Assembly (NCBI RefSeq): GCF_000150275.1
Contig: NW_002060949.1
Coordinates: 271,861 to 335,860, forward strand
Origin: Trichoplax adhaerens
Taxonomy: Eukaryota; Animalia; Placozoa
DNA length: 64,000 bases
Reading direction: 5' to 3'
The first letter of the stretch is position 1; every line of letters starts with the position of its first letter. Shown in pieces: positions 28,001 through 43,000 of this stretch. The notes below the pieces were generated by a model. The model ran no database searches. It worked only from the letters and a program-made list of their open reading frames with translations, and had not been told where the DNA came from. Position numbers and translations under genes: made by a program.

Positions 28001-31000
28001 CGGAAAAAATTGCGAGCACGGTAATTTTAATACTATTGCTAATAAAAAAGAATTGAACTTTGGTATTTGCAAGATTTTGATTCAATTTAATAAATTTTAC
28101 GATGTAGATCCGAGCAGTTTTGGTAATGTTATTTTAAGTAGTTCGATTTCTAACGCTACAGCAAAAGGATATGTTAAAATTTTTACTGGTGGTCAGTGGC
28201 TATATTATTGCCCATTGGTCTCATTGTCTGTTATAAAATCAGCACGAGTCGTTTGCCAGCAACTGGGGTTTGCTGGCTATGTTAGATTTTCATGGCATCG
28301 TATAACTAAAATCAATATACAACTATCTCCAATAACTCACTTGTCATGTTCAGGCTTCGAAACTTCGATATTGCAGTGTAATAGCACAAGAGCAGATATA
28401 TCGAATAGTACAAATGGACGTAAATGTCTATTTATTACTTGCTTAGGTAAGGTAAAATTAGGAATTTTGCTGTAATTTAGTGAATTATAAATCATTCATT
28501 TATTAAAATTAGAATTGCTTCGATGCTATGACAATTATTTTAAGTAATACAACTTTAATTATAGCGTTAAACCTGATTGTAACCGTATAGTATATTTGCA
28601 ATTTATAGAAAGGAATGAATGTGCTTCTAATCCTTGCAGCAACGGAGCAACATGTGCGAATATGTTTTATGGCTATAAATGTCTGTGTCCTCCAAATTAT
28701 ACTGGCACTCTTTGTCAAGATTATTATGGTACTGTAATGGTACTAATATCGTCATATGATTTAATATACCGTATTTAAACTGAAGTACTATATTTCTAGA
28801 AATTCAATCATTCTGCAGTATTTTTAGCGTAGATCTATGCTTATGTATTAGTTACGGTATACTCGTATATAGAAAATATACCATATGGATAGGGAAACCG
28901 TATCTATGAGCGTTTCTATTCATACAACATACAGTATTTGCATTTTTCATTTCTTTTAATTATGTACAAGAGCTTACAAATGGCACGGTATGGCTATTTC
29001 ATGGAAGGAATCATGCCGAAGGATTCGCCCAAATTTATCTTAACAATCAGTGGAATTCTATTTGCTCAACATACTCCAGTACCACCGTTGCAAATATTAT
29101 TTGCAAAACAATGCATTTGGGGTTCAAAAAGCAATATGCCAATAACTATTTTGGCATTGGCGCCACTATAGCAAATGTAACAGCATACCTAATTCATTGT
29201 CGTGGCCCAGAAACTAATATTAGTGAATGCATGATATCTAAGCTGAATTCAACGCAAGACTGTACGTCTTTAAGTCAATCAACTTTGGATGTTAGTGTAA
29301 CTTGTTCTGGTATGTATACGCAAATAGTGTACCAGGGGATGCGTTGTTAAATTTTTCGATATACAGTATTACTGAAACATCATAATGAACTACACTACAG
29401 ATTATGAATCAAGCTAGTTCTAATTAAAATTTCTGAAGATAGTTTTAAATAAGATTTATATCTAATATCAGAAAGATTCAACAAGAAGCTCATACATCTT
29501 TGTCGCTTTGCTAGTTGACACATGCTCTTCTAATCCATGTCAAAATGGTGCCACATGTTTAAAAAAGAAGCAAGGGTACGAATGTATTTGTGGAGAATTA
29601 GAAACAGGAAGACATTGTGAAACAAGTATGTTGCAATTTATAGACATCATTGATGAAAGAAAATCTTTAAAAAATTATTATAGCTCATTTAGTTAAAGAT
29701 AAATGTAACACTATCAGTTTTTTTAATCAAAATTGTAGGTGTCGGTAAACGAATTCGTTTAACCCATGGCGGTAGCAACTATGGAAGGGTAGAAATTTAC
29801 TATAACGCGAAATGGGGGGCAATATGTGATACACTCTTCGGAAAAGTTGAAGCCGATGTTGCATGCCTTCAGTTAGGCTTTCAGAGATCTGTGAACCTAT
29901 CATGCTGTTCGTATTACGGCAGATCCTACATTGGAGCATATTATTTGAAAGATCTGTACTGTCGTGGTTATGAAAAATCACTAATGATTTGTGGGTGGGG
30001 GTCGATGATAAATTTTAAATGTGCCAGAAATAAAGCTGTTGGAATATTTTGTACTGGTTTGTATATTCTGAGAAAATTAATCTTAGTCAACTTCTAGTAG
30101 AGTAGTGAGATTTTTTGCCCTAAGGAGCACGGGTATGGTATGTTCTTTTATAATCTATTTAAATCTTTAATATAACAGATAATCCTTGTCAACCAGGCTT
30201 ATGCCGTAATGGTGATTGTATTCCTTCTACTAACGTAAGTAAGAAATATTATTGTCGATGTCACGACGGCTTTAGAGGACCTGTATGTGATCAAAGTAAG
30301 ATTGCAAGAATCAAATTTAATTGCTAGTACTTTAAAAGTTTCACTGAGATCGCTGTTAGAACAATAATATCGCTTATTTGAAACTCACGTTGTATTATTC
30401 CCTTCTTTTATAATATAGTCGATTATTGCTTCAACAGTCGATGTATATCGAATGCAACTTGTGTAAACGACTTTAGTAGCTATGCCTGTTTATGTCCTTC
30501 TGGTTATTACGGAGCTAAGTGTGATCAAGGAGGTAACTACCATAATTTGTGAAATAATTACAAAGTCATTGCGTGCGTATATGACTATTTTTAGGGAAAT
30601 CTTCTCAAGGATTAGAATCCGATATATTTCTAATTTGCGATTTGAAGAAACTTGTGTTTATAGTTATTGTTTCTTGTACCGGTATTTCAAACATTATGTT
30701 TTTTCGTTGATATTATTGGAGAAATAGTAATATAACTAAATCTGAATACTCTTTCCAACATAGGGAATTTAAAGAATGGCGATTTACGCATTATTGATAT
30801 GAAAAATAATACGCGCATATCATCTGGGATACTACAAATATATAACAATGGCACTTGGGCCGCTATATTAAAATCCAGATCTGAGAAATCCTTTACTCTT
30901 TTAAGTGGCCTAGTTGCCTGTCGCAGACTAGGATTTCGTACAATTGGCAGTGTGAATTGTATGCGAAATATAACAATCTATCGTGGTAGTAGAATTCTAT

Positions 31001-34000
31001 ACTTGAGTTTTAATTGTAGCGGTGGAGAAACATCACTATTAGACTGTCCTAACGCAAAAATACTCTGGAATGTTTATAGCCATCGATATTCAGTAGTTAC
31101 CCTTAATTGTTCAGGTATAAATGGAATTTCTCATACAGCTGAAATTTTCTTTAATGATTTTATCATTTATTCTAGTTTATTTTATACCTAGGAAAAGCTT
31201 ATTTATTCAAGTGATTAACATATTAAAGTATATAATGGGTCCGGGTTGGGACCTACTATACACTTTAATCGTTACCACCATTATATGCGTATATGATAGC
31301 AGGTTAATTGCAGAGTAGCTATGAACATTTACATAAAAGTAGTTTTCCGTGTGTTTATCATCTGCACCAGTGACATCTTAACGACTCGATACTTATACCC
31401 TAATTATTTTCTTGGGTATTGACGCAAGAAATTACCCTTAGTAATGCTGATTTTAAATTCTATAATATTGTTATATAAATAGCTGTTTTAGGATTAAACG
31501 TAACAATCAGTAGACTGCTGGAATATTTTAAAAGCAAAGATTGTTTAGAAGCTGTAATTGCGTGTAATACTTATTACTGTACCCTTTAATATTTTAGCTT
31601 TGATGTATTAGTCGCAATATCTCGACAGGCACTATTTTGTAACACCGAGATAAGCTATGGTATTAAGAGCTGTTACTTATGCGAATATTATTATTAATAA
31701 GCTTGTAATACTATGACGCCATAAATATGCGATGTCAAATCTAAAGGCCCAATTTCATTTAGTACATTTGTTATGAGACAGCAATATCTATTCAGCAAAT
31801 ATAAAATTTTGATAATTAAATTGAGTTTATTATCTCAGCGTTATTTAGGAACTCATGTATACGCGTAGGTTATGCAATTAGCACTATGCGTAAATATTCA
31901 ACTGAATCTTGAAGATTTGTGATCATATACCGATTAACATGAGTGTTGAAATTATCATCTAATCACCCATATTTAAAAGCATTCATATTTTTACGTACTA
32001 GATTCCCCATGCCAGCTTAATAAGATGCAATGCTTGCATGGTGGGCAATGTATTCCAGATGATAGCGATATTATTGGCTTCAGATGCAAATGCCCTCATC
32101 AATTTTCTGGGCAGTTTTGTGAATTCGGTAATAATATAAAGTAATGTCAGCGGTTAATCTATGTGATAACTATACTTATTTTTCGCTGTTTCTTTCATAA
32201 AAAAAAGTTAATGATGTTTTAGCTAATAACGATTTCTGGTATGTTTTAGGCATGGAAAGTTCATTACGCTTACAAGACGGTACTAGTCCATACGATGGCC
32301 GATTAGAAATTTTTCATAATCGCCAATGGGGAGGAGTTTGTGATGATAATTTTTCCATGGTGGAAGCAAATGTAGCTTGTAATCAACTTGGTTACGGAAA
32401 AGCGTTGTCATATTTCTGTTGTTCAAACGTAATAACGAAATCTCAACGAAGATATCGCCAAATTAATTTTTATGGGGTGTATTGGTTAGATAACGTTAAA
32501 TGTAGTAGCAAAGTCAAAAAATTATCGGATTGTCATCATGCTGGTTGGGGAATGAATAACTGTGGAGTAACGGAGGCAGTTTCAATACAATGTGAAGGTA
32601 ACTTTTTCAGAAAGATTTTTGAAAAATACCAATTAAACCCTTAAATTTTTCTTAAGAGAGTGGTCTATTGGTAATGTAAAACCCAGATTTTTTCAACTAG
32701 TAATGTACTATATAATGGCAGTTAATACGGCATATGATAAATCTACCATTTAAAATCTAGATCTACTTCTACAACTATAATTCAAATTTTACTAATATTG
32801 TTTTATATCCATACAATTACCTAAACTTGCATGTACCGTAATACGCGTACATGACCAAAACGTTTTATGATCTTCTGTTTTAAAGAGCTTACCAATTTAT
32901 CTGTAATTTCTAATACAGTACTACGAGTATTAGCGCTACTAAGATCCAAAGATTCAGTTCATTAATTAGTGCTACACTTAAGCATACTCTGTTGCCCTTT
33001 TAGATTATGAGAAGAATACGATATGAGACTGTGGCCAATCTACTGACAGGACTTATTTTAGGACTATTAAATTAATTCTCCAATTATTAAAGTCTGCTGC
33101 ATTTTTTCGATACGCTATTAATTACAGTAGTCAAGTTTTTAACAATCTGTTTGGAGCATGAATTTGAAAATATTGGGTGCCAAACCAACGCGATTAATTC
33201 TTGGCCGAAAATTAATAATAGAGATATCTGCTAAATATTATTTCATACACTAAAGTTAATACTGAATTAAAACGTAGCTGTCGTCATTGCTTTTGCTAGG
33301 ATTACCCTACACTTGTAATTCTTTAAACCCTTGCAAGCATGGCAAATGTATTTATGTTGGAGCAATGCCAAATTACAAATGTAATTGTTCCTCTACAAAT
33401 TACATTGGTTACAACTGTGACACCTGTAAGTATACGCGTGAAAGTTTCCTTCGTAACTATATGTAATTTAATTACAAATCGGATACCTGTGACCAGCAAA
33501 TTAGACAAGAGGTTACACAATTCATTCTCTTATGATCTATAACTCTATTACTACTAGTTAATTATTGCGCTACCAATTTTTGTCCCGCTGGCGCAACATG
33601 TCAAAACGAATTCAATGGCTACACTTGCTTATGTCCAAAAGGATTATACGGAAAAAATTGTTCAATAAGTGCAGTATTTCTTAGCTTTAGCAAATACTAA
33701 ATCCCGAATAGTATCATATAATTGCCACCTGTGCTTTTAATTATATTAAATCCTCTATGCAATTAAAAATTATCGCATTTTCTTATATAGATGCTAGCGA
33801 AGGAGAAATAAAATTGATTAACACAATCTCTAATGCAAGTATGGAGGGTATCGTACAAATTTTTCATAAAGGCGAATGGATGACAATTTGCGATGATTTT
33901 GCATTTAACATAGCTACAGCTAGAGTTATCTGCAGACAACTAGGTTTTGTATCAGTAAATTTAACCCAGTGCTGCTCTAGATATGGCCATGTGACATCCA

Positions 34001-37000
34001 CAAAATGGCTTCGTAAGTGATATATCATGTAAAGTTGTAGTATACATATTTAAATGACGGTAATATCTTTATTAATAGGCTACAGTACTGTAACACACAT
34101 ACGAATGCCAATTTTTTCTCGCTCACTTTGTAATAAACAAATATGCCTTACGTAATGTCTATTAATTTTTAACAGGTGATTTAAGTTGTTCTACGAATGA
34201 AACTACCATTCATAAATGCCTTCAGAAAAGTACTGTAACAAATTCATGTACCTCTATAGACAACATTGGTATTCGCTGCAGCGGTAATCATTGTCGAACA
34301 TTTACAGATACCGGAACAGTAATTCATTATCAGATTTTATTAATTGGTTTTGTAATATTTGCAATCATTAATTACGTTACCTGATATTAATGTCGGTATA
34401 TATATCTTCTTTAAGTATTTTCGTAATCTCCTTTTAAGTCAGATATTTCCGTCAAATTTGATACAGTAATTTATCTACATTATATTTATATTAACTGATT
34501 AATATCATGGTTGGATCTTCTTAAAATTATTATTAATTACACTTAATTTTTTAGAAAATCCATGCTCGCCGTCTAGTTGCTTAAATTCAGGTATTTGCAT
34601 GCCTGATAGTAATGAAATTAGAGGCTATCGGTGTGAATGTAAACCACCCTATTCTGGTATTCGCTGCGAAATAGGTGAATTAAAGAAAAGCAATAATAGT
34701 TTCATGAAATATTGAGATTACTGTAAGATAGAGTTCTCCGTTTTACAATACCATTATAATTGTGTTATTTCTACGTTTATAGTAGTTTCTTATATGGAGC
34801 GGAGAATCCATATTTGAAAATTAATGTAACTTGTTATCACTGTATTCAATATAGAATTTGAAAATTCATTGCGGCTGGTATCTGGTCCGGATAAATACTC
34901 AGGAAGATTACAAATTTATCATAAAAAAGTTTGGGGGGCAATTTGTGACGACAAATTTTCTCTAATAGCTGCTAGTGTTGCCTGCAGACAACTTGGATAC
35001 GACGGCGCAAGTTCTTTTAAATGTTGTTCGTATATGTATGGTGCTGACGGTTGGCATTTAAACAATTTTGGATTCTATTGGTTAGACGATCTTGATTGCA
35101 TTGGTAATGAAACTGAACTTGCATCGTGTAATCATGCTAGTTGGGGGCAAACGAATTGTCGCTATAATGAAGCTGTATCTATTAAGTGTTACGGTAGGTG
35201 ATTAGCAATATGACTTGGTATCTATATTTCAGCTTAGGATAAATTCGATAGCGAATTGATGGCCGAACAATTTTTATATGGAAGGTTTTGACGTTACTAA
35301 TAATAAAATCCATTAAAAATGATTATACTCTCATATTAAGTATTACAGTACCCAGCTAATCAATTTATGCTACATATTAATCGAATAATGCATATGTAAC
35401 TTCCTTCATATTTTATAGAACTAGATAAATGCAGCAGCAATCCGTGCATAAATGGCAAATGTATTAAGACGCATACCATCCCTAAGTATAAATGTATTTG
35501 CAGTTCTGGCTTTACAGGATATCATTGCGATACAGGTATTATAATATCATTCGCTACGACTAATACCTACATACGTGACTATAAATAGATACTATACTCG
35601 TATACTGTATGGCTGTGAAAGATATAACTAATTCGCATGCTATAAGTATAAGATACTAAGTAAAATGTACTGCAATGAAGCCAAATAAGTTTTTCTAAAG
35701 CTACAATAGTTATTACAATACAAAATAGTAATGCAGAATTTTAAAGGTTAAGCTTCATTACATTGTAATCCTGTACTGTGCGCATTTTAGGTATTTCATG
35801 TCTCAGTCATCCTTGTAATGCAAGTTTTAAATCTTGCGAAGATACACATTATGGTCATGTCTGCATTTGCCGGGATGGCTATTACGGTGAAAACTGTGAA
35901 AAGCGTAAGTTCAACAGATACGTAAGTACTAATTGACAATTTAATGTGCGGCATATAGCTATGAGCCACGTTCGTACATTGATTAAAGATAGCAAAAAAT
36001 GTAATACAATTAGTAAAGGGTCTCATGTATGGTTAACTACTTTCATATAATAAAATTCCCGAATAGATGCAGTAAATGGTGCACTGAGATTAATAAATGA
36101 TAACAGCACTCAGACGACTAGCGGTATTGTACAGATTTACCAAAATGGAACATGGGGTACTGTTTGCAGTAGATATTCATTTAGTCGATCTGCAGCAAAT
36201 ATTCTTTGCAAACAGCTTGGATATAAAACCGCATTTTCTTATGACTGCTGTTCTAAGTATGCTCATATAACCGGGAAAATTTGGATAGGTAAAGTCAAAA
36301 TAAATTATAATGTCATTCCATTCATTAGTATGTTCGCAAGCACTGATAGAACGTTTATCATACTATGCTAAATCAGACATGATTAAAACAGTCACCAAAA
36401 AATATTAAATTTTAGAAATCCATTCTTACAGGTGAAATAAATTGCTATGGAAATGAAACCAGTATAAACGATTGTCCTCAGCTCAGCTTTAATTCTAAGT
36501 CGTGTATGCATCAATCAGACGTTGGTTTGCATTGCAGCGGTATGTAAGATTTGAAAAGTTATGAAACTTTAGCAGCCGTGCCCTTCCTAAATAGTGGGGT
36601 GGAGCATATGATTTATACTGATAATTACAAGATGCTACAGTATGAACTAGAATCCGGTCTACGACTGCTATTACAGCAGTTATAATTTGTCTAATGATTG
36701 TTAAATATACTACCTGGGTTAGTATGAAGTAATAGATTCTATCAGAAAGACACATTTTAGTTTTATTCATGATAATAGTAGGTGAATAATTATGATTTTC
36801 ATAGTATAATACTTGTAAAATTTATACCAAAGCATGGCATCATTTATACACGCACGTTTCGTTAAAAATGTAGTTATTGATTTGCTTAAAAAATTAATAA
36901 CCTGGTTTACTTTAACGCTTTATTGCATATCCCATTCATATGAATTGAATAGAATTTCACGTTTAATTCATTAATGAAATCAACAATTACCTGATATTTC

Positions 37001-40000
37001 CTATGAATGCTCTTAATGTTACAAATATAGAAAATCCATGTTATTCTTTACCTTGCTTAAATAATGGCACCTGCCTCTATAATCATACAACAGTGGCATA
37101 TACCTGCCGATGTACTATAAAATTTAAAGGAGAATACTGTCAAATCGGTAGGTTGATACGCTGATTTCTTCTAGGAAAGATATTGGATAACGTAAGTTTG
37201 CATATATCAGTAACCCCAGTTTATAAACCCTAAAATAGAACGAGAAGGAGAAGTACGTTTAATTTATCAGAGGGAAAATCGTACAGGTCAATTGGAGATA
37301 TTTCATAAAAGCAGTTGGCATACAGTCTGTGGCTACCGTTTTAATATGAACGCCGCAAATGTTGCATGTCGGCAACTAGGTTTTCTTAAAGCGGAAAAGA
37401 TTAACTGTTGTTCGAGAGATACGGAGCACAAAGAGGTATTTTTGAACGAATTTGTATGTCTAGGCGACGAAAAAAGTTTACTCGATTGCAAACAAAGGTA
37501 TCAGAGAATGTGTACCTACCGAGGAGATATTATCATGTCGCTTACCTGTTCGAACGGCCAATGTCGGGATGGTACTCTGCGTTGTTCTTCCAACGCATCT
37601 TGTGTAGACAGTATTGCTACATCTTATTGCACGTGTCCGAATGGCTATTATGGTCGTTATTGTGACCATAGAGCCTATTATGGCGATATTAGGTTAACCT
37701 ACTCAACTTTTGGTCGTGTAGAAATTTATTCTGGGGGCTCATGGAATTCTATATGCATTCAAGGCTTTTCGTCAGGAAGTGCATTGGTAATCTGTAGGCA
37801 ATTAGGTTTTAAATCCTATAAAAGTTATCACGTCAGTTATAAAAGCTACGCAGATGCTACAGGTGGAATTTTGATGGACAGCCTAAACTGTACCGGTCAT
37901 GAGCAAACAATTTTAAAATGCCCGTATAATATCTATACGAAATGCAATCATAATCAAGATGTTGCTGTTGAATGTACAGGTAATCGAGATGGATTTTTTT
38001 AAATGGTTTAAATAATGTAATTGCTTTAAAATTACTTGTACTGCCTGAATTTTACAATATAATTTCATAATTATAGACGTTCCCTGCGAATCATCACCAT
38101 GTTTAAATGGTGGAGTATGTATTTCAGGCAAAGATAATTTTCAAATTAACTGTAATTGCCCTCAGTGGTTTACAGGAAGATTATGTGAGACAGGTAAACC
38201 TAAAATAAAACAATATTTATAACGATAGCAAAGGTCGTCAACTTTGGGAAGGAGGTCTTTATTAAAAGTACAGCGCAGTAGGGTGATCGATATTTGCTTT
38301 TTACACCTATCAGAAGCTGTGTAGCGATTTAATTTAGGTCATATGCAAATTTTTAAACCAATAATTTTTTTAATTAATTTAATATCTTAATGCATTAGCT
38401 CTTGAAAACGCACTTCGATTGGTCCGTGGAAGTAACAACCGCACTGGTCGCCTTGAAATATTTCACAACAAGCGTTGGGGAGCTATTTGCGATGATGGAT
38501 TTAATGATATAAATGCCCATGTAGCTTGTAAACAACTTGGCTTTGTCTCATTTGAGTGGTATCATTGTTGTTCAGTTTATGGAATAGATGAATTTTTATG
38601 GATGGAAAATATAACATGTTATGGAAATGAATCTATGCTCGCAAATTGCTCTCATTCTCCATGGGGTAGTCATGATTGTTCAGGCTATGAGACTATGTCT
38701 CTTAAATGTAGATTGAATAGTTGTATTACAGGTGATCTTCGGTGTTCATCCAATGCAACATGCTATCCTCATAATTTGTTTCAGGATGCCTACTGTAGGT
38801 GTCCTGATGGTTCATATGGCCGTCAATGTGAGTATCATGGCGTGAATAAGGGAGATTTGAGGCTTGTACCAAATGTATTCTACCCGGGCATGAAATCAAT
38901 GTCAGGAAGAATTGAAGTCTATGCAAATGGTACTTGGAATACAATATGCGGTAAAGGGTTTACGAAAACTAGCGCAGAGCTTATATGCCACCGATTGGGA
39001 TATAATGGAGTGAAAAGCTATTACAAAAAGACAAATACAGATGGAAGCTTTGGCAAAGGGTATGGACGTATTATTATGTCGCATTTACAGTGCTTGGGTA
39101 ATGAAACATCAATTCTGGATTGCCCTTATCACGCTAATGTTAATTGTGATCATTTACACGACGTTAGCATAATATGCTCAGGTAATGTAATGCAAGATCT
39201 GGAGCCATGGCTCAATTATGATTTATAACTTTATAGTCTATCGTACAATGTTTTTAATATTGTTATGAATAGCATTATGATCTAGTCTTATGGGATGCAT
39301 GTTATACTATATTGTATGTTGTGATAGCTATTGTTCAGTTTTTACTATATCTTACTGAAGTAAAAATTTTTACTTCTTAGATGAAATATGTAGAAAACAA
39401 GTGACCCCGTGTATGTATGGACGATGTATACAGGGTAAAAATGCAGCTGAATATGAATGCGCATGTCAAAGAGGATATACTGGCCAAAATTGTAGTATTG
39501 GTAATATCTGTAAAATCGTATTAATTTTAATTTTATTTGGATAGAATTTTACGCTATACTAAAATTTTATTTTGCTACGTTGAAGAAATAAATGAATGTG
39601 CTTCCAATCCATGCGGTCCTTCCATAAATAATCAGAGTATTTGCGTAGCAGGTGTAGATAATTTCTTTTGCCAGTGCGCTGAAGGTTACACTGGATATAA
39701 TTGTTTATATGGTAATTTATATATATTTTTATAATTGTATCCAAAAAATGGATAGCCACAAAGTCAGTAGTTGTACTACGATTATCAGTTATGATTACTT
39801 AATTTTTTCCTATGGGATTATTTACAATGTGAATAGATGATGACAAAATAAAAATACGATTATTTGGAGGTTCTCATTATGGAGAAGGATATGTAAAAAT
39901 ATTTCAACGTGGTCGATGGGAAATCGTTTGCAACGATGGCTGGAAGTTCGCGCATGCAAACGTAGCGTGTCGCCAGCTAGGATTCAAAGCAGCCAAAATG

Positions 40001-43000
40001 AGTTATGTCCGTGGGAATAGGAATAAGCAGCTTACATTTATAAAGAGCTATGGGAAAGAAATAGGATACTTGAAAGCAAGGTCTTGTTCAGGCAATCAAG
40101 TATCGCTCAATCAATGCTTATTTAGTATTTTGAATTCTTCTCAAGAATGCTTTACAGGAGAAGTTGCTGGTATCACCTGCATAGGTTCGCTGTATTCTTG
40201 TGAAAACAAGTAGATAATCAATTATGTAATAATAAGGGTAGGATTTATATATGGAATGGCTTACATAACTTTATTCGATACGATAGTGCGGCATTGTATC
40301 GTTAATGGTAAACAATAACAATTAATTAAATTTATGGAGTAGCAGTTAATCTATAAATTCTCAAAAAATTAACTAATCTAGTGAATTTGGGAATCGCTCC
40401 TTGTTTTTATACGTATCTTAGACGTTACAACTTTTCTAGTGCCAATAGAAGGAGTAGATACTTTTACGCTATATCTATGAGTATGAGTATGTATTTATGC
40501 TTATCCTGTAGATAAATCACTGGATCCATCCATGGAAGGATTAGCATCAGTCCATTCGGCGTAAGTTAATTATGAATCTTGCACAAATTTTAAAATTGTG
40601 ACATGCTATCTGGTAATTGTTTAAATGTCTGTTAAAGTGGACTAATTAAATTCTAAAGCATTGAGGAGAAGTAGTAAAATGTGTGCCATTCAAATCTCAC
40701 ATTCTAGAGCCTCAGCAGATAGCCTTATGTGCCCGAATGATCAAATAGGTTTCTTTGTTTTATCATTTTATAAATAAGCATATAACCATAACAGCAAATC
40801 TTTACTTTTATGAATACGATAAGGTCGATCCTGCTCAAGTTCTCCATGTATCAGAAGTAACGGCTCATGTATAGATATCATAACGCCATTTCAGGGTTAT
40901 ATCTGCACCTGTTCAAGTGGGTTTTGGGACGAAAGCCAATGCCAATCAGGTTTATAAATTTTACATCGAATGAATGATTTAATCCTATAGGGGCGGCCCC
41001 GACTTGCGAATTACTCAATTTTTTATTTTATAATATATCTTAGCCACATATTTTTATTCATTATTGTAATTTAATTAACATGGAGATAATTTATAATATG
41101 ATTTATTTCATTGATTAATATTGGCCGTTTCTTTTCTGTTTAGAAACATTTATGTCTGAGGTTTACCTAGAGCCTAATGCTACACGATTCTATCTAAGTG
41201 AAAGCATCAGTATAAAGTGCTCGATTGTCGGAAAACCCAAGCCTGACATCGCATGGCTTAAAGACAATGTAGCAATTCATTTAAATGATCACACTAAACG
41301 ATTTCATATAGTTAGAATGTATCAAGAGTCTAATAAAATATTAATATCGTGGCTAACAATATCCGAGCTAAGACCAACTGATGCGGGAAATTATACTTGC
41401 ATAGCAAGTTTTCGACATAATAAAACAACAAAATTGAAACAGGGATCTACATATTTACATTATGGTATGTTTTGGGATTCTGTTATCTTTAAATTTACAG
41501 TACTGTACATGCCTGATTGTTTATTATGGTTAATATTGTTCTAGTTCCTCATTCTGCTTTTTACTAGGACTTTAGTGTAATAATAACAACAACTTATGAT
41601 TTTTATACTGGTTTTAAGGATTGCATTTTAATATGATTACTTTAATCCTTCCCAGAAGATATTATGGATGATGAGAAAGACTGCTTTCGGTATTCCGTAT
41701 GTGACAGAAATGCAATATGCAGAAGGATCGATTCTAAATTTCTTTGTCAGTGCAATGAAGGGTATACAGGAAATGGTCACGTTTGCCAAGGTCTGAATTA
41801 AAATGTTTTCCTAATTTGATAGATAATTTAATTTTTATTAATTCTGAATCCATATCGGATGAAACTAAGTGTATTTATCAATTACTTAGTGATGCAACAT
41901 ATAGCAACAATTATAGCTCTCAATAATTTTAAGCAATCTATTAATCCTTTTTCAGATATTGATGAATGCCAATCAGTTATTACACCTTGTGGCAATTTAT
42001 CGACGTGCATTAATGTTCAAGGGTCATATCGCTGCAAATGCAAGATTTTAGTAAATATAAGCTCTACTATATTAGATGGGACAGAAAGGAAGTCAGATCA
42101 AGATTGTTCTGGTAATGCGAGACTTTTTAAATTAATTTAGTATTTGGAGTACAATTCATTCCTTAGACGACGGAGACACGAGTGCAAATTTAGTGATAAG
42201 ACTAGCTAAATGCAAAACATTCGTTGAAAATATAAAATAAGCTGCGTATCAATGTAACTGAGTTTAGAAGAATTAGATTTCAGCATTAACTAATCCTCGA
42301 TAAATATATTTTACATTTTAATAAGATTGTATTTAAAAGTCAAGTAAACGCTCACATTTGAAATTTAATTAAAGTATAGCTTTAGAAGATAATTCCCTAA
42401 AGCAATTACTAGTAATGGCACTGTTGCTTTAGGACTCTAAAGGGATTTAAAATTGCTAGTTCGATGAAAAATAAGTTTACTGAACACTATTTAGATAGCT
42501 GCAATAAAATTAGATAGCATAACACTGTTAGTACAATGGTGTACTTGACATTTATGGTTGGCCGTAATAAATGTATTAATGTATTTACTTACAGTTAAAT
42601 TATATACCGCGACCGTTATCTTATCGGGAAGCTTTAACAATGAACTCTATAATAAAACGAGTACTGAATTTAAAAGTCTTGCTGCACTAATACGGACACA
42701 GGTAATAAATAGTGATTTTAAATGACAGTAAACAAATTATATATCTATGTAATGAGTCATGGAAATAAACAAACTGGAGATTTTGATCTTTACTTAGACG
42801 GGTATTTCCTAAAAGTAGTAAATAGCTATGATGTATTATCATTTTTTTGTATAGATTCTTAAAATTTATCGTGATACCGTATTTAATGGCACAATTTTGG
42901 ATATTCTAATAAACCGCATCAGGTAAGTAAGTGTGCATTTAATTTAATTTAATCTTGTAGCTACTGTAGATTATGGCTAATGAAAATCTGAATATATCTT

